Assembly: GCA_964035545.1 (NCBI GenBank)
Contig: OZ037770.1
Location: 13,692,642-13,756,641, forward strand
DNA: 64,000 bases
Origin: Bugula neritina
Lineage: Eukaryota > Animalia > Bryozoa
Direction of reading: 5' to 3'
This document shows, in pieces, positions 45,474 through 59,448 of the stretch; position 1 is the stretch's first letter, and the number at the start of each line of letters is the position of its first letter. A program made the position numbers and the translations under genes. A model generated the notes under the pieces. That model was not told the origin of the DNA. It searched no databases and worked only from the letters and a program-made list of their open reading frames with translations.

Positions 45474-48400
45474 ATGGATGGTCAAGTGATGGCCAACGGA
45501 CAGCAAGGAAACATAGCCTTAGCTACCGTAATAGAGTTCAGTATTCAAAGAACTTATCATGAGCTCATGATTTTATCAGAGCTGTAAGTATAAAGGTTGC
45601 AAGTATTAGTGTTGTAAGTGTCAGAGCTGGAAATATTAGTGTTGTAATGCTGTGCTGTATACACTCACTCTTAGATAAGTTACTGGTTTTTTCACATGCA
45701 TATATGAACGTTTTTGTTGAACTGAACCTGTGGAATAATTCTGTCTATTCACTTGATAATATGTCTTGTAATAACTATAAGTTGAGACAAAAACAAAAAG
45801 TTTTAAAAAGTCCTCAACTGTTTGTACCTGAAAAAGTAATGTTTTTTGCTGAGAATATATTCAGAATTCTCGAAATTGTATAAAAAATATAAACAAGTTT
45901 ATGGATTGCTGCTTCATACAATGAGGGGTCATTACAATGTTTTATATTTAGCCATCAGTTATTTTAAATTATTCACTATGTCAGCTGTACTTCAGTTACC
46001 ATTTCAACCTCTGAATATACCAGGTTACCGAGGAAGACAGACATGGAGAGGAAAATAGAGATTGTGCAGTTTGCTCACCGAACCCGTCAGCTGTTTGTAC
46101 GACTGCTGGCCCTTGTCAAGTGGGCAAAGAATGGCTGTAAAATAGACAAGTGCATGGCCATATCAAACTACCTGGACCAACAGGCCAGACTGTACATAGA
46201 CACTGCCGACGGACTCTCCAAGTTGGCTAGGAACACTCTGGTACAGGCCAGGCTACCCGCCTTCTCCATACCTGTAGCTGTTGATGTACTTACTTCTGGT
46301 ACTTACCCTTGTCTACCCACCTGTATTCGGGTACGTCTGTATGTCCAGAACTTACCTCTAGAATGTAGATCAATAGTTGTAGATTAAATATGAAAATATA
46401 AAACTACTACTACTACTACTACTACTACTACCACATTCTTTAGCATGATTTGTCTAGTTTCTTGTTTTCATTTAGTTCAAGTTAATTTGTAGATATTAGC
46501 TCTGCTTTTCAGCTTTTTTGTGCGGTTTATATTCACTGGCCTCCTCAAATTAGCAGGGCAAGATAATTCCATATTTACATCAGCATATAATGTTTATGGG
46601 ATGAGATAATTCTTTATGCATATGTGGTGTTCACAGGATAAGATAATTCCTAGTATGTATATGATGTTCACAGGAGAATATAATTCCTTGTATATAGTAT
46701 ATGGTGTTTACAGGATAAGATAATTCCTTGTATATAGTATATGGTGTTTACAGGATAAGATAATTCCTTGTATATAGTATATGGTGTTTACAGGATAAGA
46801 TAATTCCCCCTGATGCGATAACTCCCGAGGAAGAGGCGAGTACACTGAAGAGACTGACACAGATCATAGAATACAGACTAGTGACTAGTGACATACCTCG
46901 GGCCTTCAAACAGCTCACTGCTTGTATGTCAACTCTTTTACATACTAGTATTACTAGAGAATAAACTGTTATGTGTGGTGTGGGTAAAGTTATAGACTAC
47001 CTAATCTGCTAAATAAATGCTAATACTATGACTGAAATGTGTAGGAGTCTTAAAGCTGGTGTTTGTATGGATATACTTACTGTAAGTTAGTGTTTGTAAG
47101 GCTATACTTACTGTAAGTTAGTGATTATAAGGATATATTGTAAGTTAGTGTTTGTAAGGATATACTGTAAGTTAGTGTTTGTAAAGATATGCTTGCTCTC
47201 TACAGATGACGGAAGAGTGAAGCTGTTAGTAGACAAGGAGTTCTCCGCCACACTCACAGTGATGGGGGACTACGCCACCCTCCCTTGGAGGCTGCTCGGT
47301 ATTGACATTCTTGTTGAAGATCTGGACTCCAGAGATGGGAAACCTTTGGTTCACGAGATGCAGGTAAATATGTGTCAGTTTATATTTTACAATCTTTGAT
47401 GTGGAACATAGTTGGATACGTGAAGAATGAATGAATGTGTTTATTTGGATGATGCAATGTAGCAGGTAGCAATGTGTTACAGATAAGTTACCTGCACACA
47501 CTTGTTCAGTCTAGACTTGTGGATACAGAAACGCCGCTACATGAGCTCTACACCGTGCTGCATGCCTTCTGTCAGAGTTTACAGCTAGAGGTCTTGTACT
47601 CACAGGTATAATGTTATATACTGTAGTGTAGTGTTATATACTGTAGTGTAGTGTTATATACTGTAGTGTAGTGTTATATACTGTAGTGTAGTGTTATATA
47701 CTGTAGTGTAGTGTTATATACTGTAGTGTAATGTTATATACTGTAGTGTAGTGTTATATACTGTAGTGTAGTGTTATATACTGTAGTGTAGTGTTACATA
47801 CTGTAGTGTAGTGTTATATACTGTAGTGGAGTGTTATATACTGTAGTGTAGTGTTACATACTGTAGTGTAGTGTTATATACTGTAGTGGAGTGTTATATA
47901 CTGTAGTGTAGTGTTATATACTGTAGTGTAGTGTTATATACTGTAGTGTAGTGTTATATACTGTAGTGTAATGTTATATACTGTAGTGTAGTGTTATATA
48001 CTGTAGTGTAGTGTTATATACTGTAGTGTAGTGTTACATACTGTAGTGTAGTGTTATATACTGTAGTGTAGTGTTATATACTGTAGTGTAGTGTTATATA
48101 CTGTAGTGTAGTGTTATATACTGTAGTGTAGTGTTATATACTGTAGTGTAATGTTATATACTGTAGTGTAGTGTTATATACTGTAGTGTAATGTTATATA
48201 CTGTAGTGTAGTGTTATATACTGTAGTGTAGTGTTATATACTGTAGTGTAGTGTTACATACTGTAGTGTAGTGTTATATACTGTAGTGTAGTGTTATATA
48301 CTGTAGTGTAGTGTTATATACTGTAGTGTAGTGTTATATACTGTAGTGTAGTGTTATATACTGTAGTGTAATGTTATATACTGTAGTGTAGTGTTATATA

Positions 48401-49845
48401 CTGTAGTGTTATATACTGTACTGTAGTGTTGTATACTGTAGTGTAGTGTTATATACTGTAGTGTAATGTTATATACTGTAGTGTAATGTTATATACTGTA
48501 GTGTAGTGTTATATACTGTAGTGTAATGTTATATACTGTAGTGGAGTGTTATATACTGTAGTGGAGTGTTATATACTGTAGTGTAATGTTATATACTGTA
48601 GTGTAATGTTATATACTGTAGTGTAGTGTTATATACTGTAGTGTAGTGTTATATACTGTAGTGTAGTGTTATATACTGTAGTGTAATGTTATATACTGTA
48701 GTGTAGTGTTATATACTGTAGTGTAGTGTTATATACTGTAGTGTAGTGTTGTATACTGTAGTGTAGTGTTGTATACTGTAGTGTAGTGTTATATACTGTA
48801 CTGTAGTGTTGTATACTGTAGTGTTATATACTGTAGTGTACTGTTATATACTGTAGTGTATTTTTTTCTGTGTACTGCCTAAATGTCAATGACTGAAACT
48901 CATTCTTTTACAGTAAAATGCATTTTACAAGATATTTTACATGTCTTTGTGTTTAATTGATTTGTTAAATAATTTATTTTATTTACATAAGTTATGTTGA
49001 CAATTAGGAGTTGTAATCCCTTCAGGTTCAGAAAATGATGCATGAGCAGCTGAATTCATATGTGAATATAGAGAAATATATTCCCTGTAAGAGGTTGCTG
49101 ATTTCTTACTGGAGGTAATCTTTCTGTTTATTATACTATATATATACACCTTTCTGTATACTTGCATACTTCAGTATAGTAAAATATGCTATGGTTCTCT
49201 GTTAACAGCATCTGTTAGTTGTGCTTCTGTTGGAGTTGTCTCTCTCAAACTGAGCCATTTCTTTAGCTACATAAACTAATTACATGCAACTCTTTACAGT
49301 TCACTCCAGCTTGTTTCTGTATTCTCCTCTTCTATTCTCCTTGTCTTCTCTTTTCAGACCAAAAGTCTCTTCAGTTCTGCCTCAGTACCAGAATATTCTC
49401 CGTGAGTATTACTATAACTCTGTAACTACTACTATAACTCTGTAACTACTACTATAACTCTGTAACTACTACTATAACTCTGTAGCTACTACTATAACTA
49501 TTACTATAACTCTATAACTACTACTATAACTCTGTAACTACTACTGTAACTCTGTAACTACTACTATAACTCTGTAACTACTACTATAACTCTGTAACTA
49601 CTACTATAACTACTATTATAACTCTTACTATAACTATTACTATAACTCTATAACTACTACTATAACTCTTACTATAACTCTTACTATAACTACTACTATA
49701 ACTCTTACTATAACTACTATTATAACTCTTACTGTAACTACTACTATAACTACTACTACAACTATTACCGCTACTACTAATACTGCTGCTACTGCTACTA
49801 CTACTAATACTGCTACTACTACTGCTACTACTACTGCTACTACTG

Positions 49846-49883
<38 letters not shown>

Positions 49884-49950
49884 GCTACTACTACTACTGC
49901 TACTACTACTACTGCTACTACTACTGCTACTACTACTGCTACTACTACTG

Positions 49951-49985
<35 letters not shown>

Positions 49986-49986
49986 G

Positions 49987-50037
<51 letters not shown>

Positions 50038-50088
50038 GTACTACTGCCACTACTACTACTACTACTGCTGCTACTACTAGTACTGCTG

Positions 50089-50120
<32 letters not shown>

Positions 50121-50136
50121 GCTACTACAACTACTG

Positions 50137-50213
<77 letters not shown>

Positions 50214-53200
50214 GCTGCTACTACTACAGCTAATGTTTCAGCTGCCATCTACAAGATAGACATACACGTTGATGAAGCAGACATCTATAAGCCACTCCGT
50301 ATCAGTCATACTCCGACTTCAGTGAAAGGCAGCTCCGTTCAGCTTCCGTTTAGTCTGAAGGTGAGTTAGGAGTCATCCTCTCCCACTCTGTGGTCACACA
50401 AGATAGTAAGATAGTCAACTAATACACTGACTTTACAGTCTTCAACTTTTTACCTGCTGCAATAACAAAATTCAGCTTACATACTTTCTAGCATGGGAGG
50501 CAGTTGGTGAAAGTTTTTGGTGATTCATAGAGTTTCCAATTGATTCTCGTTTCCAGCAGTTTTGAGTTGATTTGTTGTGTTGATCTCTACCAGTAGTTTG
50601 TTGTAGATTAACCAGTTAGTGTAGTTTATTGTATATTCTAGAGTAATCAGCTCTCAGTGGAGAAGATTCTGCTAGAGACAATACACGCCTGGAGCTACGT
50701 ACGGCTGGGAGAGTTGAAACAGACTCTGGAGCAGATGAACATTGCAACTGACTGTGAGTACTGGTACTGTGTGACTCTAAGTACTGTCTTACTGTGTTAC
50801 TGTGAGTGTGGTACTGTGTGACTGTGAGTGTGTTACTGTATTACTGTGAGTGTGGTACTGTGTGACTGTGAGTGTGGTACTGTGTGACTGTGAGTGTGGT
50901 ACTGTGTGACTGTGTTACTGTAGTACTGCGAGTGTGGTACTGTGTGACTGGGAGTGTGTTACTGTGAGTACTATGGTACTGTGTGACTGTATAGGCCTAC
51001 ATTATATTAACCTAAACTGCTACTTGAGTCTCTATATCATATGTTGTTGCTAAGATGCTAAATACAAGTGTACTTCATCTAACTTGTACTTCACCATACT
51101 TGGGGGGGCTCAACCTCCCCCCCCCATTTCACTGCCATCTGTATTGATGCATGTCAGCAGGCTATCAGCTCGTGTAAAGTAAAGTAATCCAGAAACTCTG
51201 CTAAACTCTAGTTTCTTTTTATAATTTAAAGGAATTTCCTAAAACTATAATAAATCAAAGCTATCATTGGCTTTTAATAATTTAACTAGTTTAGCTCATT
51301 TTTTGGGTTTGCAGTCCTGCCTTTCTGTGAAGAATATTGACTATGTTAATTTTTGCACGTGTATAGTTTTTATTTTCATTACTTTTTTTTCATTTAGTTG
51401 ATATTACTGACCTGCCTCCTACACTCACATTCAAAGTGATAAAACCATGTATGGACACGGAGTTTGTGAGAATCTCCATAGACTGTCAACTTGGTACTTT
51501 CACTGTGTCTCTCACTCAACTCTCCTGTGAGTATGCTCTAGTAGTGTCTAGTAATTTCAATTCTATTTAGATTTTCTCTTCAATTGATCGTTTAATAACC
51601 TTTACATTAGAAGTTTACTATTCAATGATGTATAGTAATCATAGAGACAGTACGGTTTGTAAATAACAAATTAATTATTTATTCTTTATTTTTTATTTAT
51701 TTTGTTAAATTTTTTATCTAGATGAGTGTAAAGTTTTAACCGACCTGCAGCAGCATCTCAACCTGCCCAGTGAACAGCAAAATAACTCCACCATCAAAGA
51801 GCTACTCTTCAATCTCAAGTTAGTTCCGTTCTGTTATGATAGTTTACCTTGCTATTTTAGGGCTCAATGTGTGATATATAGTGAGTTTTAGGAAAAATCA
51901 AAGTGCATTGATTTTGAAAAAAAAAAGAAGCTCTCCGTGACGGGGAATCGAACCCCGGTCTCCCGCGTGACAGGCGGGGATACTTACCACTATACTATCA
52001 CGGATTTGCTGAAGAGGCAACTAATATTACCGGACCAATTCGTAAGCGAGAATTACGGGCTCACCTTATTTACATATGCATCATTACATGTGCTATAATA
52101 ATATATTATAGCGTTATTAGAAAAGTGTGAACGAGTATGATAACCCGAGCTAACAAACTATCTATATAGTTATTTTGCTAGGACATATGTCTCTAACATT
52201 GAGTAGGAAACTAGGGCATCTTCAAATATTTTACTACTTCATAATGGCAGATGAAATAATCTTATTTTAATTTAGTGGATGATTCATAATAACTCGCAAT
52301 TTAAGAATTTAACAATTATGACTGCTAAGTCTCTAAGGTTTTCTATTACATGCATTTATACAATGTACCAACTACAGTGGCTGAATATTGTAGAAATGGT
52401 GTAGTTGGTTTTATTTTATTTTTTGTCAACTGGCATGTCGTTAGATAAGCAATTAAAAATAATTTTAAATAGGTTATGTTGAAAACTTTTGTTCACAAAA
52501 CCTGAATTGCGGACACCATTTTGCCATGAAACCATTAAATAGACATAGTTTCGAAAATCAAAATGAATTGACAAAGAAAAGGAAAAAAAGAAGCTCTCCG
52601 TGACGGGGAATCGAACCCCGGTCTCCCGCGTGACAGGCGGGGATACTTACCACTATACTATCACGGATTTGCTGAGAGAGGCGGCGTTAATTTTGTTCTA
52701 ATCTAAACAAGATTACGATACTAATTCCATTCCTAATACAGTCCTAGTCGTTCTAACAAGAAGTTGTAATATTAATATTATTATCTACATACATATACAA
52801 TGATTGTTGCAACAATAAATTATTTTAGAGTCATAATTTTATTTTAGACTCTGCCATATTGTTTTATAATTGAAATGATTTTGTTTACAGATATGATTTT
52901 ATAACTTAGTTGGTTTTTCTTAGGCATAGTTGGGCTTGGCATATGAATGAGATTTGCAGTAAGCCTAGCCTACTAATCCATTAGTTATATTATAGACTTA
53001 GTATCTTGTTGTCTAGATTGTGGATGGGGCTGGAGAGATGCCGTTCCTCTATACAGTATGTGAGAACAGCGTGTCACAACTCATTGCCGTTAATTCACAG
53101 CGACCAGCACCCACTAAGCAAACTTGGTGCGAATGTACTCTATGTGAAAGTACCTCTGCAAGAGACCCTCTATGTGGTTAGTACAGAAGTCAGGGGGGTT

Positions 53201-56200
53201 GGTACAGGAGTGTAGGGGGGTTAGTACAGGAGTGTAGGGGGGTTAGTACAGGAGTGTAGGGGGGTCAGTACAGGAGTGTAGGGCGGTTAGTACAGAAGCG
53301 TGGGAGGTTAGTACAGGAGTGTAGGGGGGTTAGTACAGGAGTGAAGGGGGGTTAGTACAGGAGTTTAGGGGGTTAGTACAGGAGCGTGGGATTAGTTAGG
53401 GGGTGGTGTTTTCTGTATTTTCTACTCCTCTTTTAGGCAGATAAGCTTCGGTTTAGATATTATATTTTCAATAAACCCAAAAGTACTTTACCCAGCTTGT
53501 ATATCGTGAAGATATTGTTCCAGTCAGTTGTTGATATGCTGCTGTATGCTCAGTGTATCAAGTTTAATGATGTGTGGTTCTAGATTGACAACAGTATTAG
53601 TAATCATTAATTATAGATTATTATATATTAAGTGATGATAAGATATTTTAAACGAATTAAATAATTTTAATAACCATTAATTGTTAATTATTGAATATTT
53701 TCTTTTTCTCACAGGTGGTAGTGGTGGATGTCACCCCCTCTGAACCCCTGACACTGAAACACAAGTTCTATCTTCTCCCTGTCAAGCCATGCACCTACTC
53801 AGGGGACACAACTACCACTGATGTCAGCAAAGTCTACCTCAAACCAGGTGCCCTCTCCAGATTGGACAGCAATGCTCTCATACAGGCCAACTGTGTCCAC
53901 TCTCTCATGGGTAGGTAGCCAATCAGACTCACTCTCTCATAAGCTCAGATTTACTGTGCGTGTGCTCAGCCAATAAAACATAACCTCTTATAGTTGAGTT
54001 TGAATAAACCAATCATGTTTATCCTCTTTTTCTCTGCTTATCCATACAGGTGTTGAGCAATTTAATACTTATTAGTATAATTTCAACTTTTCTGACTATC
54101 TAAACGTGTTAATGCTTACTTCTGTTCTTTAAATGCGATTTACTGCGGTAATTATGTAGAGGTTGATGCATTGATGTCTTCTCACATACTACATTAATGT
54201 TAATACTTTCTCATGAGCTACAATGAGGCTTACACATGATGTCTTCTTTTATTTAGGTTGATGTCTTCGCACATACTATGTAGAGGTTAATGTCTTCTCA
54301 TATGCTTTGTAGAGGTTGATGTGAAAGCAGAAGAGGTGGAGAGACAGAGAAGCAAGGAGTCGTGCTACTTTGTCAGTCAACTGATCAGTGTTGTGAGTCA
54401 GTGTGAGATGAGAGCCGAGTTCGTACTCTTAGCTGAGCACCTGTGGAAGGAGGGAATACACCATCAGGGGCTACAGGAGGAGCAGGGTGGGGCACCCTGT
54501 AAACTCACTCTGATTAGGTGAGTGATCTCTGGCTATTCTATCACTTAGCCACTATTGACTAGTACCTAGTTAACTACTAAGTAAATGTGTTTGTTAGTAA
54601 GATTTTTGTAAAAAACTTTTTTTAATTTCCTGTTTAGAACGCATTTATTTTAGAACTAGATGTTATGCAATGAATTTATTCATAAGAATGAGGCCACATA
54701 AATATTATGTGTATGGTTAGTGACTGGACACAAGGAATCTCTAAACAACAGGTTATTCTGTATTTAATCCTTAAAGTTGAGAGTTGTGCTCACTCTGACC
54801 CTGTTTTCTAATTTGGCAGGATGCCCAGTTTGAATGGAGAAGCAGACGAACTTTTGTCTGTTCTTCTGCAAGCAACTATCAGAATAGACATGGAAACCAT
54901 GAAGTGGGTTGTAGAGTTCATTTTCTCAAAGGTAAGATAACTCCTAAATATCTAGAGTAATTTTTAATGTATCTTCTGATTAATCTCTATGTTATTTTAC
55001 GTAAAAGTTCATTTTTGCAGGTGGTAGAGTAATACTATATACTGCACTATAATATCCAACTTTTGTTCAACTCTATGTTTAGCTTTCTCCCGATTCCATT
55101 ACCGTTTTATAAACATTTTAGCATCACAAGAGTTATCTCTACTTGTTCTTGTTTGCTTTTAGTGTTAAAACAATTTCATTCACCTGACAACTTTTATTAT
55201 CTGTACGATCTTGAGGAGATGGAAAAAACACAAATGTACATTTGGCACAACTCTATGTTATTCTTTGATTTTATCTTCTGAAGTAATTAGCCTAGGGTTT
55301 GATTTTTTAGAAAATTAATTCAAGATTAGTAGAATGTAAGTGTCATGTTTTCATATCAGGATCCAGTAGGAGAAGACGCTACGTCTAGCCACCAGTGCAT
55401 ATTTACCTACGACATCCGTCAGGTGCACGACGCTGCCACCACCGTCATCAGTTTACTCAGGGACTGGAGAGGAATGGTTAAACTGTATAACCTCTGTGTA
55501 CAGTATAATCAGGTCTTCAGTGGTAAGTTCAGCTATCTATAAGTTTGTTATATTATGTAATGTAGGTTATAATGTTATAGTTATAGTGTTTTGGTTTTGT
55601 GTTACGGTTTTGTGTTACGGTAGGTTGTTACAGTTACTTAGCTACGTCTACTTTAGATTCACATTTTCAGATTTGTGTCAAAAAAGCATGACTTTTGGCA
55701 GTTGAACTGAGTTGAATTAGCGCTATCTATTTTTTTTTGTCGTATAACATAATAATATAGTATTACAATAATACAGTCTACTTGCACTATGTCGTATGAC
55801 ATAATAATGCAATATTACAATAATACAGTCTACTTAAACTATGTCGTAGGACCTAATGATACAATGTTTTATGATGATATTTACTTCTTGTTTACATTGC
55901 AGCTCTCTCTCACCCAGTTAGTCTTTATCAGTTCAACTATAAGTCATTGCAACTCTCTTACGGACCTTCTAGAAACTACCTGGTATGTGATATCCTAGAA
56001 TAACCATCCTGAGTATGCAGTGTGTAGAAACTACCTGGTATGTGATATCCTAGAATAACCATCCTGAGTATACAGTGTGTAGAATAATTTAAATTATAAA
56101 GAGGATTCTACACAAGTTTTATTACATTTAAACAATTTTAAAAAGCACTTTTTTATTTAAACCAACTGGTCAGTTGATTAGAACTACTGCACACTATTTA

Positions 56201-58395
56201 GTAGTTATGTTCTCTTAAATTCATTCCCTTCATCCAAAGGTAATAATCACCTGGCAAGACAAGAAACACAGCGGGGAAGCTAAGGACTGTAGATATGATA
56301 TCAAGTTCACTATGTGTCGTACGACTCACGGGGAGTCTTCCCAGAATCCTCACAATATCACTGCCCACTTCCTGGAGCTGCTCATAAACAGACCCAACAC
56401 TAGCCTCGCTCAGTTTATGCAGGTAAACAATGATACAGGTTGTTGCAGGTTCTGTATATGCTGTGGCACTAAAGAAGGTCACATGTTTCTCACAGCAAAC
56501 CACACAAGAATATTCAACTTTTCTTTCTTCGCATTACGGCATAAGCTTAATGTTTTCATTGTTTCTGTCTATTTGTTTGGAACTCTAAAAGTTTTTAATA
56601 AATAAATGGAGAAATCTGGATATCTATTCTAAATTGATGTTTATGTAAAGAATAAGACCGTGAAAGGACTTCATATGACTGAACTTTCCAAGAACTGGAG
56701 GGTAGAATCTTATTACTCCATCAGAACTAGGGCTAGGAGGCACTGGCCCAGCAGAGCTACTGGCCCAACAGGGCTACTGGTCCAACAGAACTAAGGCCAC
56801 TGGCCCAGCAGTGTGCTAACGTATGTTTGTCTTACAGGTTCTGTGTGAAACTGTAACGCCATTAGCCGCTATTCAACAACTTCCAGAAATTGCAGCTTTT
56901 GGTCTTCAACACTCTTCTGTAAGTTTTAGTTTGTCTTTAAATCTCACACTATGTTTTACCTGCGTATAGATACCAGTGTTTTACTTGTGTATGTTTACTA
57001 ATGTTTTACTTCCATATTATGTTTACCAGTATTTTACTTGCATATGTTTGCTAGTATCTTATCTACATATGTCTACTCCCCCATGCCAACTAATTGAATA
57101 AACGTGTATTATGTTGTCATAGCAACAAAGCACTGTACTTGGATATTATTTGTCCTCTAGAAAGTGGTACCGCAGCCGGTGTTCACCATTTTAGTTCACT
57201 CTCCCACCTACATTAAGATCGGGTACAGACAGTGTTACGTAATAGACATCATACTGTGTGAAAACAACAGAGTTATGGTGAAAGATGGGGCCTACGGACT
57301 CTTTGACACTCAAGGGGGTTATGGTACATACACCCCTGCGCCAGGACTGAAGGTAGGGGAATTCTTTCTATACTCCTAAATAGAATTGAATGTAATATTT
57401 TTATTAAAATTCTGGCATAGGGGTTCATATCAAAATTAGTCTATGTACGCTCCTGTGCAGAGTAGAGGGGTCAACAGCAATACCGGTCTACGTACACCCC
57501 TGCATGGGGGTTAGGTGACAATAATTGTATTTTTATTTAATGTAGTGCTTAAAATTACTCCAATTATAGTTTGAATAAGAAATAAAAAAGCTTCTTATAC
57601 GTTGTACCATAATGTGGTAAACGGTGTATTATATTAACAGTAAGCGGTAACACACTTACCCTGTAGTAAGCTTTGTAATATATAAGCAGTTTTTCATACT
57701 CAGGGTTTTGTCTGTTTAGCAAAACATGACACAACTTCTGGTTGAATATGTAATAAACTGTTCTTTTACTGTCTGTTCTGTTGTTTGATAGGCGTTTCTA
57801 ACTCAATATGAAGACAGTGATCCTAGACTGTTAGCTCGTAATACTCTGTTAGCTGAGGAGGAGCATCCTCCAACGCCCTCAAACCTTCCAGGTACTGAGT
57901 GTCTAAATCTTAGGCTAGCAATTATCTGAATTTAGAACTATTACTGTGTTTTTAGCTGTTCGACTTGTTTCTTTGGCTGTCTACAATTTTTTGGCTGTAC
58001 AATTGTTTCTCCAACCCAGGTTTGATCAAGTAAAAAACATTTATGGATAGTAGGAGTTACTGGTCATTTTGATAATTAAATTAGATGGTTTGTTTTATTG
58101 GCTGAAAATTGCAGCCATCAACCAATTAGCATACCCGTTGTTATATTATAATAGAAGTTCAAGTGGCTAGCTAGCCGCTAATGGAAGATTCTGGAAAGAT
58201 ATATAGATGTGTGTATTTTAGGGTTAGACACACTGGATGCTCTGCTTGGTCCGCCTACTCGCCCGTCTCCTCACCGTCAAGATCCGTCTCCCAAACCAAC
58301 CTTCCAAGGCTCTGTGAATTCTCCCACTGTAGCTCCTTCTCCTCTCGGAGGGTGAGTCACTGTGACTACTACTAGTACTACTACTACTACTACTG

Positions 58396-58433
<38 letters not shown>

Positions 58434-58656
58434 GCTACTACTACTACTACTACTACTACTACTGCTACTACTGCTACTACTACTACTACTAGTACTACTA
58501 CTACTACTATTACTACTACTACTACTACCACTACTACTACTACTACTACTCTACTACTACTACTACTACTACTGCTACTACTACTACTACCACTACCACT
58601 ACTACTACTGCTACTACTGCTACTACTACTACTACTAGTACTACTACTACTACTAT

Positions 58657-58689
<33 letters not shown>

Positions 58690-58814
58690 CACTACTACTA
58701 CTACTACTCTACTACTACTACTACTACTACTGCTACTACTACTACTACCACTACCACTACTACTACTGCTACTACTGCTACTACTACTACTACTAGTACT
58801 ACTACTACTACTAT

Positions 58815-58900
<86 letters not shown>

Positions 58901-58930
58901 GTACTACTACTACTACTATTACTACTACTA

Positions 58931-58973
<43 letters not shown>

Positions 58974-59059
58974 CACTGCTACTACCACTGCTACTACTAC
59001 TGCTACTATTACTCTACTACTGCTACTACTACTACTACTAGTACTACTACTACTACTAT

Positions 59060-59112
<53 letters not shown>

Positions 59113-59328
59113 GTACTACTACTACTACTATTACTACTACTACTACCACTACTACTACTACTGCTACTACTACTACTACTACTACTACCACTGCTACTAC
59201 CACTGCTACTACTACTGCTACTACTACTCTACTACTGCTACTACTACTACTACTACTACCACTGCTACTACCACTGCTACTGCTACTACTACTGCTACTA
59301 CTACTCTACTACTACTACTACTACTACT

Positions 59329-59377
<49 letters not shown>

Positions 59378-59415
59378 CACTACTACTACTGCTACTACTA
59401 CTGCTACTGCTACTG

Positions 59416-59448
<33 letters not shown>

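Noticed and set aside
49640-50248. 202-aa poly-Val ORF and similar poly-V/T/L/Y ORFs (14845-15201 tail, 14888-15136, 58277-59203)
   Set aside because: Translations of (ACT)n microsatellites.
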